From: Tubiluchus corallicola
Taxonomy: Eukaryota; Animalia; Priapulida
DNA length: 64,000 nucleotides
Direction of reading: 5' to 3'
Assembly (NCBI GenBank): GCA_030141605.1
Contig: JAQGDQ010000256.1
Span: 248,001-312,000, forward strand
In this document: in pieces, positions 26,085 through 37,274 of the stretch
Numbering within the stretch: the stretch's first letter is position 1
Layout: every line of letters begins with the position of its first letter
Program-made: the position numbers and the translations under genes
The notes under the pieces: generated by a model
Database searches by the model: none
What the model was told of the DNA's origin: nothing
The model's input: only the letters and a program-made list of their open reading frames with translations

Positions 26085-26584
26085 CCTGGGTTCCCAACCT
26101 AGGGGGTAATTACCCCACTGGGGGTAATTTGACTCTTTCGGGGGGGGCATATAAGGAAAACGTTGCAAATTGGTCTAATATTGGAGATTTCAGCTTTTCC
26201 AGTCTTCCGATGGATCACTACTCAACGCCAACTCGTGCAGGATCATTATCTCTATACCTGGGCTTGCTATCCCTATCATCCATACTCGCGTCCTTAGCAG
26301 CGCACGTTTGTTCGTCATCAGCCAGTATCGCTAGAGCGGTAAGCGAGGGCCATCGGCTGGAATACTATCAGCATATGCTTGACACTTCTACAGTATATCT
26401 TCTATGGATGTAACTAACTCAAACCACTCGCGCACTCACTTTTTTTAAATAAAATCACGTGTTCTAACGATTTTGCAAAACAGTGCGTATTCATTGATCA
26501 GATATATTTTCATAGGAGGGGACGTACGAGGTGGTTGCCTGAACTGGAAAGGGGTAATGGACACAAAAAGGTTGGGAACCAGGG
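26085..26584. mobile_element. hAT (Charlie-like) MITE, 500 bp
   Basis: TIRs CCTGGGTTCCCAACC / GGTTGGGAACCAGGG with perfect 8-bp TSD TTCTAAGG (26077-26084 and 26585-26592). Confidence 0.9.
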
Positions 26585-28413
26585 TTCTAAGGTTTTATAT
26601 TAGGTACCAAAGGTTTGGTATTATATCTGCAAGATCACTGGAAAAAACCACTGCAGCTTATACTTGACCTTGATTTCTTTTTCATTCTTGAAATTAACTT
26701 TGACCTTGAAGATCGAAATGATTTTGATCTTGAAGATAGGAAATAGTTTTATTACTGCGTGCACACTTAGAAATGGGTGAATATTGCAGCGCATAGCTTT
26801 CCTTTTTCTTTTTTGTACATGCAATTTAATACACATTTACTGGTTATAAGGGGCTTCTGATAATTGTGATGATCGCAGGCAGTTTGTTATTACAAAGCAA
26901 GTATTTCATAACCTATTGTCTAAAAAAGACTCTGCATTGAGATGGCACAATTCACAGATAACAGAGTTTTGCCCGCTGCGGGTCGGGTAGTCAATTATTT
27001 GAGCAATACTTGTCGCTACGTTTAATAGTAAATGATATCCTGTATTTTGTTTAACTTGACTAATGTGACTATATTAACCTATCTCCAAATTGAACTCAGT
27101 CTGGGTGGTCTAAAACGGTGCCATCAAAAGCACAAACGTTATTAACAACATTTGCAACTATGTTTACATGAACCTCCGTTCGTGGTGTATTAGCAAAACA
27201 ATATAACATTGGTAATAATGTATAGGTGCATGCGTGAGAAGAGGTCGAGTAATCGAAAAAGGTTGTTTTTTTGGTAAAAAAGGTAAGTACAAGTTGTTAT
27301 CAGCTTTCGTCTCTTGTATTGATTGCAAATCTTGCCGGTCGCTGCTTTCTAGTTAGGTTTCTGGAATAAATCCTATATTGATTATGAGAGTAAGGCAGGG
27401 AAGCCTGGCTCTGCGCATATTCAGCAGTGGCAATAGCAATCATACTGCCAAGATCCTAGCAACAAGCATCTGCAGAACCTTGTTTGCAAGATTGCAAATT
27501 ACGATAATTATATTTTGTGTCTTGGGTGTAATGTGTAACAACTAGAGTTATGATGTCGGACTTATAAGTAATATCCGCACGGTAACCAGCGATGTCGGGC
27601 CACTTTGCGAGGCTAATTGCTTGGAATAACGAGACACGGGTTTTCGATTTATATATGATACCTGCTTTAGTCAGCTAATAGCAGTCTGTTTAACAGGTAG
27701 GCTTTTGTCATATGGGGAGGGTCATAAACAACTGCCTGTACTGGCGCAGTCTGGAAACTTCAGCTTGCTAACAGTGTCTGTCTGAGAAGATTAAAATACT
27801 AGTAGCTTGGACGATGACATTTATCCTGTAACTTGTCTCGCTTTCTGTATTGTAGCAACCATTTCCGTATCCATTCGCGGTTCACTGCTTCATCAACGTT
27901 TGCGTGCTTAGTGAACGTCAAATTGTGGTCTTCGTGGAAGAACATTACAATTTTAGAAAGGTGATGTTAAAAACGATTTATAACGCATACAAACGAGTAA
28001 CAAACCTAAAATCCGTCTCATTTAAGAGCTTTTACAGTTTAGTAACAGTCACAAGAAATGCTGACACTAAAGTTCTGGATCAGTTCTGGCGATTCTTTTC
28101 GTTCATTGTTTTATAACAATAGGTCTGCTGCAGCAATTGTTTCTTTGAAACATTCTCTTTTGACAGATAAGTCATTGTATTGCAATAAGTAGGCGTAGTA
28201 TGATTTCATTTTCATTTCTGCCTATTTATGTAATAGTTTATTGTTTATTGGACCTCTTGTGAGTACAGCTGTGATTCTGAGATTACCACCACACAAGGTG
28301 ACAAGTAAGAAGTGACAGACCTGTAGTGAAAATAGGAATAGTGGTTGATTTTATTTCGTAATCCCAGTTTTCAGGGATATCTTTTACTTTGATCTTATCT
28401 TTGATATCATGTG

Positions 28414-28536
28414 ATATCGTATCGTATCATATCATATCATATCATATCATATCATATCATATCATATCATATCATATCATATCATATATCATAACATATC
28501 ATATCATATAATACCAATATTATAACATATCATATC
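28414..28536. repeat. (ATATC)n microsatellite
   Basis: Seen directly. Confidence 0.95.
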
Positions 28537-29234
28537 TTACCTTTGATACAGTCAGTAAAGTCTTTTGATCAACAGCTGCGCTAAAAATAAAACTTCAAGT
28601 AAAGTGTGTGGCAGATTTTCCTAACTCCAGGTCGGAAGTTTACTAACTTCGTGCCACAAGACGCAAAAGAAATTCGGTGGTCAAATATTCATGGGTTTCT
28701 TTTAAAATACATAAAGCCTGAGATCAAAAATCTTTGACCAAACATAGTTTAAAGTTAAAAGCTGAATCTATTCTGTTTGCAAGGTAGATAATTACTGGCC
28801 AAATCTAGAGCTGCGACTTTGATAGGTGTCCTTTTCAGATTCGTTTTAAGTTTTTTTGTACTTGCAGTTTTGTGTTCACATACTAACTGACTGATTGACT
28901 CAGTTTTGTTCACCAACTGACTTACTTGAAAAGTTGCCTACTCTAACAGTTTTTTAAGTTGTAACTAACTTTGAATTACCTATTCAGGGCCACTAAAAAT
29001 CTATCTTGAAAATCAGGTGCATGAAAATCTATCCCATTAGTGTTCTTGTGCTGGTTATACGCGTCTAGGTCTTTTGACCTTGAATCATCCACTCAAGGTT
29101 GCCGACTACCACACTAATATTTGTCCCGATCTTATACAGCAGGTTACTAAATTACTTTAATTCTATAGCTCTACATTTGACATTGAACTATTCAATCAAG
29201 ATCTTCCCGTGATCTGCCTAGAGGTGTTATAGCC

Positions 29235-30522
29235 GGTGCAGGGTAAGTTTGGTACAAGTAAATTTGGTACAGGTAAGTTTGGTATTAGCAGTTTTGGTAC
29301 GAGGAAATTTTGGTACCGGGATAATTTGGTACTAGGAAGTTTTGGTACGTGGTAATTTTGGTACTGGGAAAATTTGCTACTGAGTAAATATGTTACTGGT
29401 AAATATGGTAATAACGAAGTTTTTTCAGGCATTTTTGGTGTAAGCAAATATAGTATAAGGTAAAAATGGTACGCAACAAGTTTGGTACTAATTAGGAAAG
29501 TTTAATACTCGGAAAGTTTGGTACTAGGAAAATTTGTTACAAAGAAAATTTGGTACAAGGAAAGATTGGTACTATGAAAATATATTTTATATAACCTACT
29601 AGAACAAGTTATTGAGGCTCATATTATTGCATTTATTTATATTTGTTTTTTGTTCGCATCCTCTTTGTTTGTAAGTCTGTTGTTTGTTATTTGTCATTGT
29701 TGCTGTTTGTTTGTTTCTTGCTCACTCTTTTGTTGCAATTATTACCACCACCACCACGTTATTACTGTTATTGTTACATTTGTCATTTTGCTGCCGTTGC
29801 TGTTGTTGTTGTTATGGTTGTTGCTGCTGTTAATATTGTTAGCAGTGAGCATCATAATTATCATCATCAAGAAATACAGTTCTCACTCCATACTGTGGGC
29901 TTCGCAGGAAACCAAACTATGCTTATGCAGGACGTTTCTGTCCAGTGATATCATTAGCCATCACTACCATGTTCTTATCTCAGTTTGATAATTTTTGTAA
30001 AAACACAGAGAAAGTGGTCATTTTTCTGAAAAAAACAAATTGACGGAGTTTTTGGAAGATTTGCACAGAGAGTTTGAGACCTTTCACTTTTTTCCTGAAA
30101 GAATTCTCAAATGTACCTTCATGGATGAGATAAAATTTCAGCTGCCATTCACTATTAATTACTATATAACATTTATAAACTTTTTAATAAATCAAACTTT
30201 CCTAGTACAATATTTCCTCCCTGCTGAAAAACCACTTTATTTTCTAGTTGAAACAATTATTTTATACTGAGAAATAGAAATGCTGTATTTTTCGTTTAGT
30301 AGCAAATTTTCCTGTACCAAACTGTCCTACTACCAAATTTTCCTCGTACCATATTTTCCTAGTACCAAGAATTCCTTGTACCTTAAAATGACAGTAACAA
30401 ATTTACTTGTACCAAAATTACCGTGTACCAAATTTTCCTAGTACCAAATTTTCCTGGTACCAAAATTTCCTCGTACCAAAATTACCTATACCAAACTTAC
30501 TTGTACCAAATTTTCCTACATT
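29235..30522. mobile_element. Foldback/MULE-like element with long inverted arms made of ~20-bp tandem units
   Basis: Left arm (29235-~29580) repeats AAATTTGGTAC-type units; right arm (~30300-30522) repeats GTACCAAATTT. Flanked by the 10-bp direct repeat TGTTATAGCC (29225-29234, 30523-30532). Confidence 0.85.
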
Positions 30523-30839
30523 TGTTATAGCCACATTCAGGTGTATATACATCTCCCCTTTGCGCGAGAATGGAGAAAGAGGTATGGCAGGCGAAATAAA
30601 CTAAAGCAATTTACCTAGCAGCTACCCAACCATTTACTAGCCAGACCCAGTAATCTTGCAAATCACGAATTAATAACTGTCCAGTTATTGCTTTCACCAA
30701 GAGGACATTATTAAAGGTTTTCTTTAAAGTGGAGTGGATTTATAAATTTTATTACCTAACATAATCTTTAGCCCATACATTCCACTTAGAGGTCTATACT
30801 AGGTTAAAAGAGATTTTCAATCGCTAGCAGTGAAACAGA

Positions 30840-31710
30840 TTGTGTCCGCCGCTCCCCTCCCCAAGAAAAAAGGCTACAACAGGAGGATCTTCTTACCGCC
30901 CGCCCCTTAACTACAGCTACCTCAGCTAGAGAGAATATTCTTCACTCTGACTGCGTGGGCCTTTATTGATAATTGTAAAACCCGTCATGACCAATCATGG
31001 CTAATTAAGTTGTTGCCTTAGCAGCTATTTACATTTTCTACTGGGCAGCAATCGATAAAGAGTCAATCGTAGGCGTGTCCATTACCAGAGGGAGATTTGT
31101 TTGGTGATTCGCAACTAAATTGATTCTTTAGCCTAATATTCAGGGCATTTTTTGTAAACGTGAGTAAATTATTTCGCGATAATCTTTTATTGTTGTTGAG
31201 CCTAAATGAGCTAGATTCACTTCCTGTACCCAACCGGGCGGGAAAACATTGTGTTCCCAGAACATTCATGAACACCGAATGATTGTGTAGAACGTTTCTA
31301 GATGTTTCCTAAGTAACGTTTTTAACGAATTCAGAAGTTTACACAACAATTTTGACACATGTAAGGTTAGATTAATTTTGTGCATGTTATTCATTCCTGT
31401 ATTTCGAGAGTTCAAGTTTCGTGTTTTTCTTTCGAACAAAATGATGTATTGAGTTTTTCTAAAACGGGCTTCTTTCTTAGATGGTCGAGCGGCATCAATC
31501 ATCAGTGTTGAAGGTAAAATTGTTGTAGCTGCTGATATTCAATAATTTTGGCGGCGACTACGTGTGATCGTATTCACGTACCTATCGGGCTCAGTCGCTT
31601 GCGATTCAGTCGGCACTTTCCAGACGGCTATCTGTGTTGTGATTTTGTGCCGTACAATTGCCGGCGACAGTTCGAGTCGTCAACTATGGTAACTAATTGT
31701 ACTGCGTATT
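30840..31710 (+). promoter_or_regulatory. Putative promoter / first non-coding exon region of CCDC142
   Basis: Locally CpG-rich. GC box CCGCCCGCCCC ~30896, CCAAT ~30991, ETS-like CACTTCCTG ~31218, E2F-like GGCGGGAAA ~31237 and TTTGGCGG ~31547; possible donor G|GTAACT ~31688. Confidence 0.4.
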
Positions 31711-31969
31711 TGGTGGTAAACGTAATCATTTTCATTAGTACATTTTCAAATGTAGAATTTTCATTACTCCACTTTAGTGTTTGCCAGTTGCCTAGATTTC
31801 AAACAATAGAAACACTAGTTTAAACAATCTATAGTTTTATATTACAGACATTATCTAGACTCATACCAGTATGAGTTTAAAAATGATTTCGTTTTGCACC
31901 TAGATAATAGTTATTTAATTTGCTACGTTATGTTATGCACTGTCATCATTTGTGTCAAAATTCTAACAG

Positions 31970-32550
31970 TCACGTTTTCGGGGTGACTTCCTGCAGTATC
32001 TTACTTAAAAGTGCTTGGACTACTGCATCTATGCCGCAGGTCGCACTGTTTTGAGCTTTCCTTTTCATTTCCATTCCCTGCAGAGAGTCTCCATTAATTC
32101 GTATTCGACGAAATTTTCGACGAATGTAAAATATGAGCCGCTTCGCTAGAAACTGCTTGTATGGACAAGTTTTATTAGCAATACACACGAGATCTCGCGT
32201 TTCATCGTGCTGAGAAATTGTCGAGCTACTCAATTAATTTAGCTCGTATTTACATACCAAAAGCACAGTGTCCGGAAGCCATGTTCAAACAGCTGCAGAC
32301 GAGAGGTTATCAACGTGGTCTGTTTGTTTGGGCTAATTTATATTATTTGCTCACATGGGACAAAATGTTATATATGGATATTGTATACAGTATAGTATCT
32401 ATTTATCGTGGACTCGTCATGTGTGTTCTTGACCAATATCCTGCGCATAATGCCGCCTTTCGCAAATCATCGAATTTAGCTTGGCATCTGTTTGCTATTA
32501 CGGACTATCAAATAGAATATGATTGTTAAATTCTAGCTCCAGGCCATAAG
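31970..32550 (+). mobile_element. Possible degenerate tyrosine-recombinase (DIRS/Ngaro/Crypton-type) coding relic
   Basis: Translation QCPEAMFKQLQTRGYQRGLFVWAN..LLT ... YPAHNAAFRK ... ITDYQI resembles the YR pattern CPVxAL..YL..RG...GPLF....LT ... Y.GHSFR ... DH.I. Recognised by eye only. Confidence 0.4.
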
Positions 32551-32989
32551 AAAAAAAATTAAGGTAATTCTTTTAATGGCTTTTGGCTATCGTAAATGGC
32601 GTTAAAGTCTTTTGCATTGTGTTTAGTCAGACATTTGAGTAAAATCATTGACTTCATGGGTAAGTTGACGTTATTTACTAATAAATTCTGACAGTGACCT
32701 AGACACAGTAATTCATCTTGCGTACACTTCTCAAGCTGAAGACAGTTTGAAGCTGACGTGTAGCAATTTGTTGCAACGCTGATTATAACCATAGTGTGCA
32801 TGAAATGGCTAACCGGAGTTAATCTAAACGATAATTATTAGCTGCTGTGTGGTCTGAATTGACAGAACTTGTTAGCAATAATTGATATTATTGATGGCCT
32901 CGTCAGCTATCTATGCAAAAGGTTAGGCTAAGCCTATTGGTTGCCTATTCATTTGAAACGCCTGGATAATGGATCGAGATGCTATCACA

Positions 32990-33153
32990 TGGCGGCGGTG
33001 GTGGCGGCGGCGATGATGACGATGATGATGATGATAATGACGACGACGACAACGATGATGATGATGATGATGAGGATGAGGATGATGATAATGATAATAA
33101 TGACGATGACGATGATGGTGATGATAATGAAGAAAATGATGATGATGAATGAT
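32990..33153. repeat. (GAT/GAC/GGC)n trinucleotide microsatellite
   Basis: Seen directly. Confidence 0.95.
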
Positions 33154-33289
33154 GAGAACAGTAGCAGCTTTTGTAGTGATTACTGGTTGCAGTGCCTTTG
33201 TGTTTAGTTTGTATTTGACAGTAGTGTCCTAGATCCAGTAGCTGAACTGGTCATCGTTTGCAGTAATAATGACTCAAGGTTGAAGGACT

Positions 33290-33760
33290 AATGAATCAAA
33301 GCCTTTTGCGTTGATTCAGATGTTTCCCTGCTTCCTTTTTGATACCACTGACTGATACTTCATTGACTGCTTTGCTGTGAAACTGTATTTCTTCAACAAT
33401 ATATAGGCGATCATATTGTCTAAACTTCACAACTTCGCGGCCATTCTTTATTTTGGCTCGTTGATGGCAAATACTGTGCCAGCCTTGCCTTTGCTCTTTA
33501 GCTTTTTCATTTATAGTGTTTTGTTCCGTTGTCGTTCCTTTGACCAGTACTTGCACCAGTTATTTTTATAGGCCAGCAATTGTATGATTCTTGTTATATA
33601 AATGTATAGAAAACGTATAGTTGTATAGATGTCTCAGCAAACAAATTGCAAGTGGTATTACTGCTTTATCTCCGATTCTTAACTTGTTTGTTTATAGATT
33701 TTTCCCCTTTGCTGTTTCTAGGTCTGTAGTTGTATACTCTTCTTTCTGGGCATAAGGTTC
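33290..33760 (-). mobile_element. Possible LINE ORF1 relic
   Basis: ICHQRAK...EVVKFRQYDRL resembles the ORF1 HR...IIVKF..Y motif; highly decayed. Confidence 0.3.
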
Positions 33761-35169
33761 CAGCAAACACAACATTTTCACTTAAGGACATGGCTCTCCC
33801 AATGTTATACACGGTTTAGTTTAGCTAGAGATTTATGAGGCAGTGAAATAAATATATTGACGGTGGTTGGCTTCTGTTGCGGAGGTGAGAGTAGGAGAAG
33901 TAGGTGAGAGTGTTGACTATGAATTGACATTATTGCGAAAGTGTACTGTGCACATCTGAGCGAATATATTTGCGAAAATTATTGTTATTACAGCAATTTC
34001 TTGTCGTTTTATTATCATCTGAATATGGCTTCCTTGCTATTGATTAGTTATGTCTCGCACTTTCTGTCGTTTCCACCTGCTTGCTGCATTAAAGCGTTTT
34101 CTTCGACAATTCCATCTCACGTCAGAAATCCTTCCTTGATTATTCTGCTAAACTAATTGTTAAGAAATAGCGTGTTGACGCAACTGTAATTAGAACTGGC
34201 TATAAAAAATCGCTTACGCTACTTTTGTGGATGAAGACTGGAAATTGAGGGACATTTCTAGGCACATTCAGTTTTATGGGGGTGGGGGTCAACACAGCTC
34301 TTGAGTTTTGGAGTTTTGTCGGAATTTTCAGATTATGACCTACAATTTTATGTGATTTTTAGTTAAACCATAATTTTGTATGCTTCATCATGCGCTTTTT
34401 GGGTACGTATGTCGTGTCGTGTTGTAGCCAGAATATGTACTTTGGTACCTTGGCCTCTGCGTTATCTTTTGCAGAGTACACCGCCATAGTGCCTTGTTGA
34501 AGTCCTAGTAAAACGTAACCTTTTGATATCTTATATCCCGTCACTGTAATTCTCATTTGCTCCAACTGAATTGCTCCCCAACATGTGATACGTTTGCCAT
34601 GGTAACGCGCAAGGAAAAGAATCTGATCTGCTAATGAATAATTTAGGCGGAAGATGATTGCTGTCTTATTCACCTGCGCGCAGCAATAGACGCGCAAGAA
34701 TTTGTTTTAATAAATAATGGTGCTGTTGATAAGCGGGTAGATTATGTAAGTGCCTATTAAATTTTGTCTGCTTTGTCGACTAGTGGTAGGTAGGGAGTAG
34801 GGACGTATTGTACTTGAGTTCTGGGTAAATTTAGTCTTAGATATATGCTGTTTTTTATTTTTTGTTCATCTCCGTAACATAAAAAGTGCAAAAAAATGAG
34901 GAAGAAACTTCAAACACATTAATACGCATTAATAACAATTCAAAATTCACTGATTCTATTTGAAAGAAAAGGTAGTGAACGCTTGGAAGTTTTTTGCCGA
35001 CTTTCCTTGTCCAACATAGAGTAATGTCATTTTCTGGCAAAGAACGAATACATCGTCAAATTCAACTTACTGATGTTCATGGTCTTGGTACAGTAATAAC
35101 GGTCTGCCATATATTCAAACATTCGATAGTATTAAAAGATTCAGTAATATTCTTTGGTTGGATTTACGA

Positions 35170-35465
35170 TTCTAAATCGTAGCCTGTATATGGAAAAGCC
35201 GTAGCAATATTAACTTGTTTAAGGGTCACCTCAAAGGTTTTTATCAAGAGTGTTTTTCTAATTAATTATCTTGTACTTTTTAATTTCGTGTTTTTGAGCT
35301 GCTTTTAAATTTTGACATATATTTTTTTCGGATGTTTTTGGTATTAGCCTGAATGTTGTTTGCTAACTGTGCACCAATCAAGACCTTGTTGTAAACGAGC
35401 TTTGTTCAATCAAGTTATCCTGAATAAAAATATTTTCTTCTTATCTTATTTCTTATCTTATCTTA
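35170..35465 (+). mobile_element. 3' end of an L2-type LINE
   Basis: SNINLFKGHLK-like RT C-terminus (~35203), L2-like tail CAAGACCTTGTTGTAAACGAG...TTATCCTGAATAAA, then (TCTTA)n. Confidence 0.55.
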
Positions 35466-37110
35466 TATTAGCATTATTATTTTTAGTGAACAGCATTACG
35501 TGTTCTACATTATTCCGATAAATACTTTCAAGGATTAAAATTATACTCATCCACGTTAAAGTCTACAAAATTAATCTTATCTGTAACTATTATCAGCAAA
35601 TGTTACCTAGCAGAAGTGGTAGTGTATTTGGTAGCCATTGAATGTATCTTTCATAGTACTGTCTATCGAATGTATAATATGCCTTTCTGGCATCTAACAG
35701 TGTGTTTAGAGTTTAGATCTTTAGAGGTATATCCTTAGAATGAAATATTTATAGAATCCTTTGTTTCCTGATTTGCAGAACATGTACGGTGTTTACTAAA
35801 TTGGCGTAAACTATATCAGGACACTAATTCGTGAATTGTTCTTGCAACAAAACAGAAACTGTACTACTCCTGGTTGGAAAAGATCCATAATTTTTAATAA
35901 CCTTAACTTGAATGAACGAATGAGTTGCCTGGTTTTAAGTTTTTTGAAAGTAGTAAGCTTATTCTGCATAGCCCATGCACATTGTATAGTTGAAGGTTTC
36001 AAGAAAGTAAGACATTAACTAAGCTTGAAAATTAATCAGACAATTTGTTTCATGCTGTGCTACACTTAGACAAAAAGTTACACAATATTCTAACAATTTT
36101 TTGTGAAAATTTGGTAATATTGCTTTTGAATTTTGGTTAAAATCTTCATCGGTTGGGACTTGTTGATGATGACTATGTTATTGTATTCGCATTTTATTGT
36201 CATCTGATCAAACCTTTGATGAAATTTTGTATTTGTCTGGTCTTACTTGGCTTTGCATAGCTTTGTAAACATTTGTATAGTTTAGATGTTTCTCTGTAAA
36301 AGAAATTTTCTAAAGTAACCCATTTTATTTTGAGAAACCAGTTTGTTTGATTTGAAAAACGTCTGTTCTCTTTCTTTAAGCTGTCTGCTGTCACCTCTGT
36401 GCTAGGACAAAGCTCCACATCTTTCTTAATTTCTCCCACTTTCATGGAATTCAGGCCAGTCAATAAGTTGTCTTGCCTGCTGGTCATGAAGGTGGCCTTA
36501 AGGTGAAAGTCCATTTCTAGAGCTTCACTGAGAGTTATTAGTTTGACTCAGAATCATTCTTTGCACAGGATTAGTGCCAAGATACAGTTTTTAAAGTAGA
36601 AAACCACGTTACCAGGAATAAGTAGTAATGAAACTAATGATATATAATAAGAGTAAAGGGAGATACCTGAGTGACTGAGTATGTGCATAGCAGCCAAAGT
36701 TGAGCAATGCTGAGCCTGGCAAGCAAACAGATATGTGATTGCCAGGAATCACCAAATCTGGATAGTTTATCTGCCATATTGGCCTTGATTATTTACTAAC
36801 TTCTTTGAAAAAGCATTCAACATAGCTAAGACAGTTTGCCAATGTAGTCTCATCTTCACAAGATTACCTTTGATAATTAGCTAGATTTTTGTCCTGCCAC
36901 ACTCATTCTCACATTAATTCTGTTCCGCTGAGACTTGGCTTACAAATTGCTGATTTTTATAAAACGAAATAGCTTTTGTATTGAGATCATAAAAGTTACT
37001 TTTAATAGGGGAAACGTTGACTGCACACCGAACTAGATGAATAGAGTAACTATGAAATTTATTTTCAACTTTTAGCGTTCTCTTGTTTTTCAGACTAAAT
37101 CAAATGGAAT

Positions 37111-37274
37111 ATGATTAAGCCTCCTCTAAAAAAGACTGTAGCTGTTGAATCTGAAGAACCTCCGGCTATTGAAGAAAATCCTTTTCTGACATTGCCTTTC
37201 CAGAGGGCAGAGGAGAAGATCATCCCTGATGTGATAGCTGCTGATGCTGACCGAGCGATAGTGGAACTGAGCAA
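37111..37274 (+). CDS. CCDC142: CCDC142 coding exon 1
   Basis: Acceptor tttttcAG at 37093, ATG at 37111, donor AA|GTGAGA (phase 2). Confidence 0.6.

Noticed and set aside
25910-26413. 167-aa plus-strand ORF
   Set aside because: It starts at GTG, crosses the MITE boundary and has no recognisable domain.
29643-29988. Hydrophobic ORFs of 101 and 112 aa
   Set aside because: They are low-complexity (GTT)n/(CAT)n sequence inside the foldback element.
29240-30520. CRISPR-like regular repeats
   Set aside because: The units are contiguous degenerate ~20-mers with no unique spacers, arranged as inverted arms with a TSD; eukaryotic context and no cas genes.
32941-33207. Met-rich 88-aa ORF
   Set aside because: It is the translation of a (GAT)n microsatellite.
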